Assembly: GCA_965207455.1 (NCBI GenBank) | Contig: CBDBMJ010000003.1 | Location: forward strand, 182,489 to 246,488 | Source of the DNA: Bdellovibrionota bacterium | GTDB taxonomy: Bacteria > Bdellovibrionota > UBA1018 > CAIPTA01 > JAALKR01 | Reading direction: 5' to 3' | Length of the DNA: 64,000 bases | In this document: positions 17,884-27,176 of the stretch, piece after piece | Numbering within the stretch: the stretch's first letter is position 1 | How the letters are laid out: every line of letters begins with the position of its first letter | Notes under the pieces: model-generated | Told to the model about the DNA's origin: nothing | What the model saw: only the letters and a program-made list of their open reading frames with translations | The model's database searches: none | Program-made: the position numbers and the translations under genes

Positions 17884-18537
17884 ATGAGTTTTATTAATTA
17901 CAAAAACATGGAAATCAATTGCAAGGTAGTTTATTTTGGTCCGTCCGCAGGGGGAAAAACCACCAACCTTCGTTATATTCATTCCCAAACCCATCCCGAC
18001 GGTGCACTCCTTCCCATAAACACCAAGAGCACCCGTTTGTTTGATTTCCTACCCCTTGCCTTGGGAACACTCAACGGCTTCAAGGTTCGTTTTCACCTAT
18101 ATGCGGTCCCAGGACAGACTGAATCTGCCCACACCCATTTCCTGCAAAGTATCGATGGAATTATTTTTGTTTGTGATTCACAGGTAAACCGCATAGAGGC
18201 CAATATGGAAAGTTTTCATAACCTTAAGCAAACCCTGGAACAACAGGATTTAGATATACAGAAAATACCGTTGGTGTTTCAGTATAATAAGAGAGACATA
18301 CCCAACATTTGTCCCATCGAGGAGCTTTCTAAAGAAATAAACAGTATCGAGGCGCTGGAATTTCCTGCAACCGCTACAACTGGTCAGGGCGTACTAAAAA
18401 CCTTGGACTCGTTAACAAAAAGAATTGTTGGCGAATTGAAAAATCAAACTCAGCTTGTACAGCTCGAAAGTGAAAAAAAAGGGCCTCAACCGTTACCTAA
18501 GTTGAGACCCCACAGGAAAGACTCCTTAACCGTATAG
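17884..18537 (+). CDS. mglA: MglA-type Ras-like small GTPase
   Basis: 217 aa. The P-loop VVYFGPSAGGKTT, LYAVPGQ (switch II with an intrinsic Arg-finger-region pattern) and NKRD match MglA, with strong similarity to myxobacterial/Bdellovibrio MglA. No mglB (roadblock/LC7) gene is adjacent. Confidence 0.8.
   Translation: MSFINYKNMEINCKVVYFGPSAGGKTTNLRYIHSQTHPDGALLPINTKSTRLFDFLPLALGTLNGFKVRFHLYAVPGQTESAHTHFLQSIDGIIFVCDSQVNRIEANMESFHNLKQTLEQQDLDIQKIPLVFQYNKRDIPNICPIEELSKEINSIEALEFPATATTGQGVLKTLDSLTKRIVGELKNQTQLVQLESEKKGPQPLPKLRPHRKDSLTV
18473..18511 (-). terminator. Rho-independent terminator for protease gene 1 (hairpin gggtctcaac...gttgaggccc + T8 on minus strand), embedded in the 3' coding end of mglA
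   Basis: A stem-loop is followed by T8 on the minus strand, in the convergent arrangement mglA-> <-protease. Confidence 0.4.
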
Positions 18538-18553
18538 TTACCGTCCTTGGGAT

Positions 18554-20104
18554 CTATAGTTCTCCCTCAAGAGATTTCAGTATATTGAGTCGACCACCTG
18601 TAATTGTTTTATCCTTCAAACTGGGAAGGCTGTCTGTGAACTTTAACAAACGTTCCCTTATTTCTAGATAAGTGGCATCTGGGTACTGCGACCAAAGTAG
18701 GGCCGCGGCACCTGCCACATGGGGTGCAGCCATAGATGTACCACTAAAGCTCTTATATTTTTCCCCAGGTACGGTGCTATAAACACCCACACCAGGTGCG
18801 GACAAGTGAACAGTCTTTAACCCGTAATCGGAGAAATTAGCCAGCCGATCCTTACTGTCGTTGGCTGCCACTGCAATAACGTTATCGAAATCCAAGCCAT
18901 GGTTAGCTGGCCACGATGATCTCCGATCATTGTTTCCGCCATCGTTACCTGCGGCTGCAATGAATAGTACGCCTTTTTCATGAGCATTTTTAATAGAACC
19001 TTCCAGCGCTGGATCCTTTGGTCCCTTACCGCCCCAAGAGTTGGAAAGAACATTAGCTCCACGACTTACAGCATAGTTAATGGACTTAATTGCATTTACC
19101 GACGTTCCCTGACCTCTGCTTGTTATAAACTTCAAGGCCATAATGGATACTCGCTGAGAAACACCTGAAATTCCCACTCCATTCTCACCTACAGCACCGA
19201 TAACACCGGCACAGTGGGTACCGTGCATATTATCGTCGAAGGGAAGATTGTCGTTATTCGTGAAATCCCATCCCACTACGTCTCCAACAACATCGGTGCC
19301 ATCTGAGTTTACTCCCGTTTCAGCAAAAGAACTTACGTTAGGATTTCTCCACATATTGAAAGCAATATCGGGATGATTATAGTCCACGCCTGTATCAATT
19401 ACAGCCACAACCACATCTTTAGATCCTTTGTTTATTTTCCATGCCTCGGTTGCTTGAATTTGACCCATTCCATACACGTTGCCCATGTTTGGATCTGCGC
19501 TAGCTTCTGGCTCCCCAGGTAGCGGTTCGATATCTGGACGATTTGGTGGTGGTCCGCCGCCGCCATCTTCACAACCCGGAGGAAAGGGAAAACCCGGAAT
19601 CAGACAAGGTGGTTTTTCTCCTGGTGGTGGTGGGCTTCCGCCTCCATCATCGCAACCCGGAGGAAAGGGAAGACCTGGAATGGGACAGGGTATGCCTGCA
19701 TGAGGTTCGTTTTCTTTTACCTCTATGGGAGATATTCTCCATATATAGTTGGGCTGGGCATATTCCACAGCTGGATTTTTTTCCAGTATTTCAATGAACT
19801 CTTCCACGCTGAACTCTTCGTGGTTAAACGCTATGTGCTGCATTGTACCGTTTCTATTCATATCTTCAGGATTAGATATTTGATTAGCAAATAGCACACC
19901 CAAGCGATCATACATATTGTTTGTAGACAGTAGAGAAAGGGTTTTGCTATTACGATACTTAACAATCACCTCTCCTTTTTTATATTCTCTATCGATAAAA
20001 GCCGACGCGTCGACTCCCCACAAAAGCACAGCCATAATCATCCAGCCATGTAGTGCGCTTCCTTTCATAATGAACTTACTTATAGTTTTGATTTTCTTTG
20101 TCAT
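18554..20104 (-). CDS. secreted subtilisin-like serine protease (peptidase S8) with I9 propeptide and Cys/Pro/Gly-rich linker
   Basis: 516 aa with a signal peptide. The propeptide FNHEEFSVEEFIEILEKNPAVEYAQPNY is followed by the catalytic D (VIDTGVD), H (HGTHCAG) and S (GTSMAAPHVAG). The linker PCPIPGLPFPPGCDDGGG...PPCLIPGFPFPPGCEDGGGG is an internal duplication. Confidence 0.85.
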   Translation of the reverse strand: MTKKIKTISKFIMKGSALHGWMIMAVLLWGVDASAFIDREYKKGEVIVKYRNSKTLSLLSTNNMYDRLGVLFANQISNPEDMNRNGTMQHIAFNHEEFSVEEFIEILEKNPAVEYAQPNYIWRISPIEVKENEPHAGIPCPIPGLPFPPGCDDGGGSPPPPGEKPPCLIPGFPFPPGCEDGGGGPPPNRPDIEPLPGEPEASADPNMGNVYGMGQIQATEAWKINKGSKDVVVAVIDTGVDYNHPDIAFNMWRNPNVSSFAETGVNSDGTDVVGDVVGWDFTNNDNLPFDDNMHGTHCAGVIGAVGENGVGISGVSQRVSIMALKFITSRGQGTSVNAIKSINYAVSRGANVLSNSWGGKGPKDPALEGSIKNAHEKGVLFIAAAGNDGGNNDRRSSWPANHGLDFDNVIAVAANDSKDRLANFSDYGLKTVHLSAPGVGVYSTVPGEKYKSFSGTSMAAPHVAGAAALLWSQYPDATYLEIRERLLKFTDSLPSLKDKTITGGRLNILKSLEGEL

Positions 20105-20280
20105 AATAATCTCCTTATTATTATTTTTTTTTCTCTCAACTTTTATTAGGGACTATTTATACGAAGCGCTACAAGTTAAAAATACAAACAACCTCTGTGA
20201 AACCCTTACATTTTATATAATTATTTGCGCTGCATGGATTATAAAAAATACAATTGCGTACAGAGAGAAAACCCAGAAGC

Positions 20281-20331
20281 AAAAAAAAAGGCCCCAACCG
20301 CCCCAACTGTTATTCAGTTTCGGTTGAGGCC
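20281..20331 (-). terminator. Rho-independent terminator for protease gene 2 (hairpin + T9 on minus strand) overlapping the mglA 3'-end remnant
   Basis: On the minus strand, ggcctcaaccg-loop-cggttggggcc is followed by T9. Confidence 0.45.
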
Positions 20332-20365
20332 CACAGGATGGACTCCTAGTTACTGTTCTTGGGAT

Positions 20366-21910
20366 CTACAATTCTCCCTCAAGAGATTTCAGTATATTAA
20401 GTCGACCACCTGTAATTGTTTTATCTTTCAAACTAGGAATGCTGTCTGTGAACTTTAACAAACGCTCCTTTATTTCTAGATAACTGGCATCGGGGTAATG
20501 CGACCAAAGCAGGGCCGCTGCACCTGCCACATGGGGCGTGGCCATAGATGTACCGCTAAGACGCTTATATGTTTTTCCAGGTATGGTGCTATAAACAGCC
20601 ACGCCAGGCGCAGACAAGTGCACAGCTTTCTTCCCGTAGTCAGAAAAACGTGCCAGCTTGTCCCGACTATCAGTGGCTGCCACCGAGATAACATTATCTA
20701 AATCCAAACCATGGTTGGCTGGCCATGACGACTTTTGATCATTGTTTCCACCAGCGTTACCTGCAGCTGCAATGAACAGCACTCCTTTGTCACGAGCATT
20801 TTTAATAGATGCTTCCAGTGCCATGTCCTTTGATCCTCCAGTGCCCCAAGAGTTGGAAAGAATCTTAGCTCCACGACTTACAGCATAGTTAATGGACTTA
20901 ATTGCGCCGGCTGTGGATCCTCGATTTCCTTTTGTTATAAATTTCAAGGCCATAATGGACACTCGCTGTGCAACGCCTGAGACTCCTATTCCGTTCTCGC
21001 CCACAGCACCAATAATTCCAGCGCAGTGACTGCCGTGCATGTGATCGTCGAAGGGAAGATTGTCATTATTTATGAAATCCCATCCCACTACGTCGCCGAC
21101 AATATCGCTACCGTCTGAATTTACTCCCGTTTGCATAAAAGAACTCGCTTTAGGATTCCTCCACATATTGAAAGCAAGGTCGGGATGATTGTAGTCCACG
21201 CCCGTATCAATCACAGCCACAATCACATCCTTGGATCCTTTGTTTATCTTCCATGCCTCGGGCGCTTGAATTCGAGCCATTCCGTACACGTTGCCCATGT
21301 TTGGATCTGCATCAGCTTCTGGCTCCCCAGGTAGCGGTTCGATATCTGGACGTTTCGGTGGTTGTCCTGGCCCTCCGCCGCCACCATCTTCACAACCCGG
21401 AGGAAAGGGAAGACCCGGAATCAGACAAGGTGGTTTTTTTCCTGGTGGTGGTTGTTCTCCATCCTCGCAACCCGGGGGAAAGGGAATACCTGGAACTGGA
21501 CAAGCCGCATAAGGCTTACTTTCCTCCACCTCTATGGGAGATACACTCCATATATAGTTAGGCTGGGCATACTCCACAGCTGGATTTTTTTCCAGTATTT
21601 CAATGAGTTCTTCCACACCGAACTCTTCGTGATTAAACGTTATGTGCTCCATCACACCGTTCATATTTGTATCTTCAGAATTAGATATACGATCAACGAA
21701 CAGCACACCCAAGCGCTCATACATATTATGTATGGATGTTAGAGAAAGAGTATTGCTTTCACGATACTTAACAATTACCTCTCCTTTTTCATATTCTCTA
21801 TCGACAAAAGCCGACGAGTCGACTCCCCATAAAAACATAGCCATAATTATCCAGCCATATAGTGCACTTCTTTTTATAATTAACTTATTTGTATTAATTT
21901 TCTTTTTCAT
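20366..21910 (-). CDS. secreted subtilisin-like serine protease (peptidase S8), tandem paralog
   Basis: 514 aa with the same architecture and catalytic triad motifs as gene 1 (AVIDTGVD, HGSHCAG, GTSMATPHVAG). Confidence 0.85.
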   Translation of the reverse strand: MKKKINTNKLIIKRSALYGWIIMAMFLWGVDSSAFVDREYEKGEVIVKYRESNTLSLTSIHNMYERLGVLFVDRISNSEDTNMNGVMEHITFNHEEFGVEELIEILEKNPAVEYAQPNYIWSVSPIEVEESKPYAACPVPGIPFPPGCEDGEQPPPGKKPPCLIPGLPFPPGCEDGGGGGPGQPPKRPDIEPLPGEPEADADPNMGNVYGMARIQAPEAWKINKGSKDVIVAVIDTGVDYNHPDLAFNMWRNPKASSFMQTGVNSDGSDIVGDVVGWDFINNDNLPFDDHMHGSHCAGIIGAVGENGIGVSGVAQRVSIMALKFITKGNRGSTAGAIKSINYAVSRGAKILSNSWGTGGSKDMALEASIKNARDKGVLFIAAAGNAGGNNDQKSSWPANHGLDLDNVISVAATDSRDKLARFSDYGKKAVHLSAPGVAVYSTIPGKTYKRLSGTSMATPHVAGAAALLWSHYPDASYLEIKERLLKFTDSIPSLKDKTITGGRLNILKSLEGEL

Positions 21911-22024
21911 AATAACCTCCTTATTATTATTTGTTTTTATTGTTTACAGCTTTAATTAAGAACCCTTACATTGCGCATGACAAGTCAAAAGTACAAAAAA
22001 CTCCTGTAAAATCCTTGCATTTAA

Positions 22025-22760
22025 TATAATTATCTATACCCTGAATGGATTGTAGAAAATACAGGCACACAGCACACAGAAGTACCCACCTGTTTTCCTG
22101 TATCTCCAAACTACTGTTGCGACCATTCCAAAACGACATATGCTTTCGAATCTGTTTGGCCTGTTGGAACTGCAGGCTATGGGAATGGGGGTCTCTCCAT
22201 TACCCTTCCCCTACGAGAGGAGGATGGAAATGGAAATAACTTTGAATACGAGTTCACTGTTTATTGGGGAGATGGTTCAGCGCCTCAGACAATCAATGCT
22301 TATAGTGCCACCATCACTCACACCGATGCAAGTGCAGGGGACTACCTAGTTCAAATAACAGGCTCAAAGTTTCCAACTTTGGAATTTCGTGAGGCAAAAG
22401 ATAAAGATAAAATCATTGAAGTAAAAAACCTTGGAGACGTGGGCTGGAAAAGTTTTCGTAATGCTTTTTGGCTTTGTAAAAAGCTCAGCAAATTCACTTC
22501 TGGCAATACGGACACCTCTCAAGTAACGAACATGAGTTCCATGTTTTCTGGCGCTCTTAGTTTAATCTCGCTTGATTTATCTGCTTGGAATGTGGGTAGT
22601 CTCACATCTGCATCTGATATGTTTAAAGATACTTACCGTAACCTGGGGAGATAGTTTCACTGGTATTACTGGCGAGATGATCTTTACTGGCAGTAATCCT
22701 GATGTAACTATAACTTGTTCTGTTAGTGGGGCCAATTTTTTTGAGAGAACCTGTAATTAG
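22025..22760 (+). pseudogene. remnant of a DUF285/BspA-like surface protein gene (no start codon, frameshifted)
   Basis: There is a continuous open frame 22025-22654 with no upstream ATG. It encodes ...EFTVYWGDGSAPQTINAY...TSQVTNMSSMFSGALSLISLDLSAWNVGSLTSASDMFKD, the canonical DUF285 (PF03382) repeat signature. The frame then switches (22572-22760 ...WGDSFTGITGEMIFTGSNPDVTITCSV). It lies directly adjacent to the protease duplication. Confidence 0.45.
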
Positions 22761-22919
22761 ATTATTGTAACGGATTATTTTTCTACACACGGTACTAGCG
22801 CTCCGATAAAGTGGTTTTTAATACTATTTCTTGTTTCTGTGGCGAAAATTCTCTTCGTTTCACAAATTGATTAAAGAATCCTTGGCCATCACCCGAAATC
22901 TTTATAGAGGTTCCGTTTC

Positions 22920-24347
22920 ATGCGCTTTATTATTTTTTTTCTTTCTTGTTTTGTCTTCCAAGCAAATGCTCAAACAGCTTGGAGCAAGGATTTTCATTTG
23001 TGTTTTTTCACCATGAATAACGCCAAAGAATACAGAGTGGCTAAAAAGTTTTTTCAAAAAATTACAAAAACATATCCAAAACTACGCTTCCATGTAAAAG
23101 AGTTTCTGCCCTACGGGGAGTATGCTCAATCGGGCTTCCGTAAGCTCTTGGACGAGGAGCATCCCTGCGACGGTTTAGTGTTATCGGGTCACCATCGAGC
23201 TCAGGGTTTTGAGGGAGAGCGTAGCGTGGGATACTTGCCCATACAACAATTAGAGCGATGGAGTTGCAGCGAGCGCTACCGCCCATGGTTTCATGGAATT
23301 AAAGCCATCTGGCTCCAGGGCTGCGCCACTGGGGCACCTTCTTGGGAGGAAAAGGGAAACTTCACCCGCGCCTATCAATTAATTTTTCCCAACGCAACCT
23401 TATTTACTTGGAGCGGGAGCGCACCCTCAGGTGTTGCTCACAAAACAATCCCCTATCATATAAAAAATCTGGAAACATTCTCTCAAAAATCAGAAAGCGT
23501 GGCCATAAAAAATTTATTTCTAGGGAAGGACAGGACCACGGGAAAGGAAGCATGGCTGGCCCTTCGCCATCCCGTCTCCAATGAAAAATTTTTCAGCATT
23601 CATAATAAAACAGCTCAATCCTTCCTTCCCCGATCAGGCGCCAATGGGGAAAGGGAACTCACCTGCACTCTTTCTAGAAACAGCACTGTGGAAGAACGCT
23701 TTTCAAAAATTCGTAATTTATTTCATAAGCCAGAAATATTTCGACGACAGATGGGAAGGATTTTATCAGAGTTAAACTTGGCGAAAAAAAAATATCCCTC
23801 ATACTACAGGATTCTTATTGAGGAATTATCTTCACCTAGAAACATGGCTACTTTTGAAAAAATATGGAACAAAAAAATGGGAATTACGGAGCGCTTGCAG
23901 TTCTATCATTTTTATGTAGGAATCAACCAAGTGCACAATAAAAAGTGGAAATATTATTTACAAAAAAAAGCTCTCCAAGTATTTTCCAGTACGCTCAAGC
24001 ACCTAGACCATGTGGAGCGAAAACACTGGAGAAGGAAAGTATCAGAAATACTACTAACAAAGTTTGAAGACAACACGATATTGCTGGATCCCAACAATCT
24101 TAAGACTATTGAAAACAATGAAGCTCTGTTAGCCTTATTAAAAGCCATGTTCCAAAGAAAAGAGTCCATCCTCGCCCAAGAAATTATTTATTCTATCTTA
24201 GAAAATCCCTTTATCAACAGTAAAGTGCTCTACCAAGTTGCCTGGCAAACCAGGATCATGGGAACCTATAATCTTGAATACTTGTGGGGTATTATCACTA
24301 AACATGCCAAAGTAAACGACAAAATCATGGAGCTAGCTTTAGAATAA
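22920..24347 (+). CDS. secreted protein with caspase-like (clan CD, C14-like) His/Cys arrangement plus C-terminal alpha-helical domain
   Basis: 475 aa with signal peptide MRFIIFFLSCFVFQANA. The first beta-strand HLCFFTMNNAKEY resembles kALlIGinnY. His is in DGLVLSGHH (compare yhYSGHG) and Cys in KAIWLQGCATG (compare iQACRG), with a His-Cys spacing of about 45 aa. The C-terminal roughly 300 aa is helical and of unknown function. Confidence 0.4.
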   Translation: MRFIIFFLSCFVFQANAQTAWSKDFHLCFFTMNNAKEYRVAKKFFQKITKTYPKLRFHVKEFLPYGEYAQSGFRKLLDEEHPCDGLVLSGHHRAQGFEGERSVGYLPIQQLERWSCSERYRPWFHGIKAIWLQGCATGAPSWEEKGNFTRAYQLIFPNATLFTWSGSAPSGVAHKTIPYHIKNLETFSQKSESVAIKNLFLGKDRTTGKEAWLALRHPVSNEKFFSIHNKTAQSFLPRSGANGERELTCTLSRNSTVEERFSKIRNLFHKPEIFRRQMGRILSELNLAKKKYPSYYRILIEELSSPRNMATFEKIWNKKMGITERLQFYHFYVGINQVHNKKWKYYLQKKALQVFSSTLKHLDHVERKHWRRKVSEILLTKFEDNTILLDPNNLKTIENNEALLALLKAMFQRKESILAQEIIYSILENPFINSKVLYQVAWQTRIMGTYNLEYLWGIITKHAKVNDKIMELALE

Positions 24348-24351
24348 AACC

Positions 24352-24993
24352 ATGCTAAATAGTATAAGAAAAAGAAAAACGTACTTAGAAATAGGCATTG
24401 CTGTACTTCTCTTACTCATTGTTATTACTCTATGCAAGCATGCCGGCGATGACTTGTATGATTACAAATATAGTAAAGATTCCACGCGATTTAACTCCTC
24501 TACTGTTATTGTTTGCTTAGCTGGAGGCAAAGGGCGGGTAACTGCGGCTATTAAACTCTATAACCAAGGCGTGGGGAAATCACTATTAATTATTGGCGTA
24601 GGCCCCCAGACCACTCGAGAATCTATTATCAATAATTTATCCACAAGTATTAGGGAGCACTTAACTCCGGAGAGATTAGCAAATATCATAGTGGAAAACC
24701 AATCAAAAAATACAATAGAAAATGCTCGTGCCCTTCAGCATCTCTTTGGCCAAACAAAAGACACGCAAAGCATAGTGCTAGTAACTTCCGGCTATCATAT
24801 AAAGCGCGCCTTACTTATTCTAAAAGAAACCCTACCTCAAACAGTAAGTATATATCCTTATATTCCCAGCGACACCCTAGACATGACTCCTGAAAATTGG
24901 TTTTACTCCTTCTATGGCATTAAAGTGACTATGATAGAAACGGCCAAGCTCCTTCTCACCAGCCTATCCTTCTCCCTATTGAAGACTCTATAA
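24352..24993 (+). CDS. DUF218/YdcF(ElyC)-family membrane-anchored protein
   Basis: 213 aa with an N-terminal TM (IGIAVLLLLIVITL) and VLVTSGYHIKRALLILKE, the DUF218 signature. Confidence 0.65.
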   Translation: MLNSIRKRKTYLEIGIAVLLLLIVITLCKHAGDDLYDYKYSKDSTRFNSSTVIVCLAGGKGRVTAAIKLYNQGVGKSLLIIGVGPQTTRESIINNLSTSIREHLTPERLANIIVENQSKNTIENARALQHLFGQTKDTQSIVLVTSGYHIKRALLILKETLPQTVSIYPYIPSDTLDMTPENWFYSFYGIKVTMIETAKLLLTSLSFSLLKTL

Positions 24994-24994
24994 A

Positions 24995-27175
24995 TTAAGT
25001 TTGTATTCTTTCCACACTAATAATGCCCGCCTTTCTCTCCAATGAAGAGATGAGATGGTTTAATTGCTCAACATTTTTTATCATAACTTCAAAAATACAG
25101 ACGGCTTGACTTTCTTTTGTGGTTTGTACCGTAGCCTGAGAAATATTTACATTATCTGCGCTAATAGATTTTGTCATCTCCGCTAGTAACCCGGGCGTAT
25201 CTTCACAGTATACCTTTATTTTCACATTACGGTAAAAGGAACGAGGCGCGCCATCGGCTCCTTTCATATTCCATTCCACATAAATTTTACGATCTTGATT
25301 ACCCTCCATACCCTTTGCGCATTTTGCAGTATGTACGGTGACCCCTCTGCCCCTTGTAATAAAACCAAAAATGGAATCTCCCGGAATGGGACTGCAACAT
25401 TTTCCAAATCGAATAAGTACATTGTCCACTCCGTCCACTGTAACCGCATTTCGAGCTTCACTTTTCTTAGTGGCCGAATCTAAAACTTTTTGAAAAAAAC
25501 TTTGTTCTCTCTCTGTTTCATTTGTTTTTTCATCTATTAGAGCGGCAGGAATTATCTTTTGTACGGCTTCCTTTCCAATAATGCGACCAAAACCAATCTT
25601 CACATATAAACTCTCAATGTTATTACAACTCAAATCGGGAAGCGCCTTGGTTATTTCCCCCGATTTTAACATTCTCTCCAAGGTGAGTTTATACCTGCGA
25701 AACTCCCGATCAAGAATCTCTTTGCCAATCTCTTGAGCTTTTTCACGCTCCTCCTGCTTGAAATAGTACCGGAGCTTAGACATAGCCTTGCTGCTTCGTA
25801 CAACCTTTAACCAATCCTTGCTGGGCTTTTGTGTTTTAGAGGTAATAATAGATACAGTGTCTCCGCTACATAAATTATAACGTAAAGAAACCATTTTCCC
25901 ATTTACTTTTGCTCCTGTACAGGCGTGCCCCACGTCGGTATGAACAGAATAAGCAAAATCAATGGGCGTGGACCCTGCCACTAACTCCTTCACCTGCCCC
26001 TTAGGCGTAAACACATAAACCCCCACATCATAAAGATTCATGCGCACAGATTCAAGGAACTCGTTGGGATCTTTTAAATTTTGATGGGCCTCCATCAAAC
26101 GATTTAACCAATCCATGTGTAGCTTATTTTCCGAATGCCCTTCCTTATATTTCCAGTGAGCTGCCACTCCAGAACGGGAAATTTCATACATCTCATGGGT
26201 ACATATTTGAATCTCTAGGCGCTCTCCAGAGGAACCAATTACCGTAGTATGCAATGCTTGGTAGTTATTGGGCTTTGGCATAGCAATATAATCCTTAAAT
26301 CTGCCTGCCACTGGCTTAAAAGCAGAATGGATCACGCCCAGGGACTTATAACATTCAGTAATGTTATCCACCACAATACGAAAAGCAATAATATCATTGA
26401 TACTTTCCGGAGGAATATTATTGGATTCCATTTTTTTATAAATAGAATAAATATGCTTGAGTCGGCCTGAGAATTTTGCATCAATTCTATACTCTTCTAA
26501 TGCTTCCTGAATATAGCTTTTTACCTTTTCCATATAAACATCACGCTTAGCTTTATGATTCACCATAAATGTTTCAATCTTTTGATACATCTCTGGCTTC
26601 AAGTAGCGCAAACATAAATCCTCTAATTCAACCTTCATCCATTCAATTCCCAGTCGGTTTGCTAGAGGCGCATAAATATCTAAAGTCTCTTCTGCAATGG
26701 CTCTTTGCTTATTTTCTGGTAAATGCTCTAACGTCTGCATATTATGTGTGCGGTCAGCTAACTTCACAAGAATTACCCTAAGGTCTTTTGCCACAGCCAC
26801 AATCATTTTACGAAAGTTTTCCGCTTGCTTTTCTTCCGTAGTTCGGAAATTAATCCGGGAAATTTTTGTGACTGCATCCACTAAAAAGGATATGGAAGGA
26901 CCAAACAAACTCTCTATCTCTTCTAAATCTGCCTCAGTGTCTTCAACTGTATCATGGAGTAAACCCGTGATAATGGAATCCAAATCCAATCGGAGTTCCG
27001 CTAAAATTATAGCCACGCTAATAGGATGAATAATATAATCTTCCCCACTGTGGCGCTTTTGTCCTCTGTGTTTGTCGCTAGCAAACTGAAAGGCTTTTTT
27101 CACAAGCTTCAAGTTAACTTCTGGATAATAATCCAAAAGTTTTTTTTCCAATATGGCAAAAGAAGCTGCTGGCAT
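24995..27175 (-). CDS. rel: bifunctional (p)ppGpp synthetase/hydrolase RelA/SpoT homolog
   Basis: 726 aa with an HD hydrolase domain (HRGQKRHSGEDYIIHPISVAIIL...HDTVEDT), a synthetase domain (RFKDYIAMPKPNNYQALHTTV), a TGS domain and a C-terminal ACT domain. Confidence 0.9.
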   Translation of the reverse strand: MPAASFAILEKKLLDYYPEVNLKLVKKAFQFASDKHRGQKRHSGEDYIIHPISVAIILAELRLDLDSIITGLLHDTVEDTEADLEEIESLFGPSISFLVDAVTKISRINFRTTEEKQAENFRKMIVAVAKDLRVILVKLADRTHNMQTLEHLPENKQRAIAEETLDIYAPLANRLGIEWMKVELEDLCLRYLKPEMYQKIETFMVNHKAKRDVYMEKVKSYIQEALEEYRIDAKFSGRLKHIYSIYKKMESNNIPPESINDIIAFRIVVDNITECYKSLGVIHSAFKPVAGRFKDYIAMPKPNNYQALHTTVIGSSGERLEIQICTHEMYEISRSGVAAHWKYKEGHSENKLHMDWLNRLMEAHQNLKDPNEFLESVRMNLYDVGVYVFTPKGQVKELVAGSTPIDFAYSVHTDVGHACTGAKVNGKMVSLRYNLCSGDTVSIITSKTQKPSKDWLKVVRSSKAMSKLRYYFKQEEREKAQEIGKEILDREFRRYKLTLERMLKSGEITKALPDLSCNNIESLYVKIGFGRIIGKEAVQKIIPAALIDEKTNETEREQSFFQKVLDSATKKSEARNAVTVDGVDNVLIRFGKCCSPIPGDSIFGFITRGRGVTVHTAKCAKGMEGNQDRKIYVEWNMKGADGAPRSFYRNVKIKVYCEDTPGLLAEMTKSISADNVNISQATVQTTKESQAVCIFEVMIKNVEQLNHLISSLERKAGIISVERIQT

Positions 27176-27176
27176 A

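Larger units (their letters stand above)
18478..22095. repeat. tandem duplication, two ~1.8 kb units (18478-20284 and 20285-~22095), each = terminator + S8 protease gene + ~190 bp promoter region
   Basis: The two proteases are about 85% identical at the protein level, with long identical DNA stretches (for example the last 35 codons). The upstream and downstream non-coding segments are homologous. Copy 2 begins with a diverged copy of the last roughly 20 codons of mglA (KKRPQPPQLL versus KKGPQPLPKL). Confidence 0.65.

Noticed and set aside
19479-19703. Plus-strand ORFs encoding Gly/Pro-rich peptides (also 21291-21512, 19543-19797, 21253-21561)
   Set aside because: They are antisense to the Pro/Gly/Cys-rich linker of the S8 protease genes. 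The GC-rich repeat keeps all frames open, so these are artefacts.
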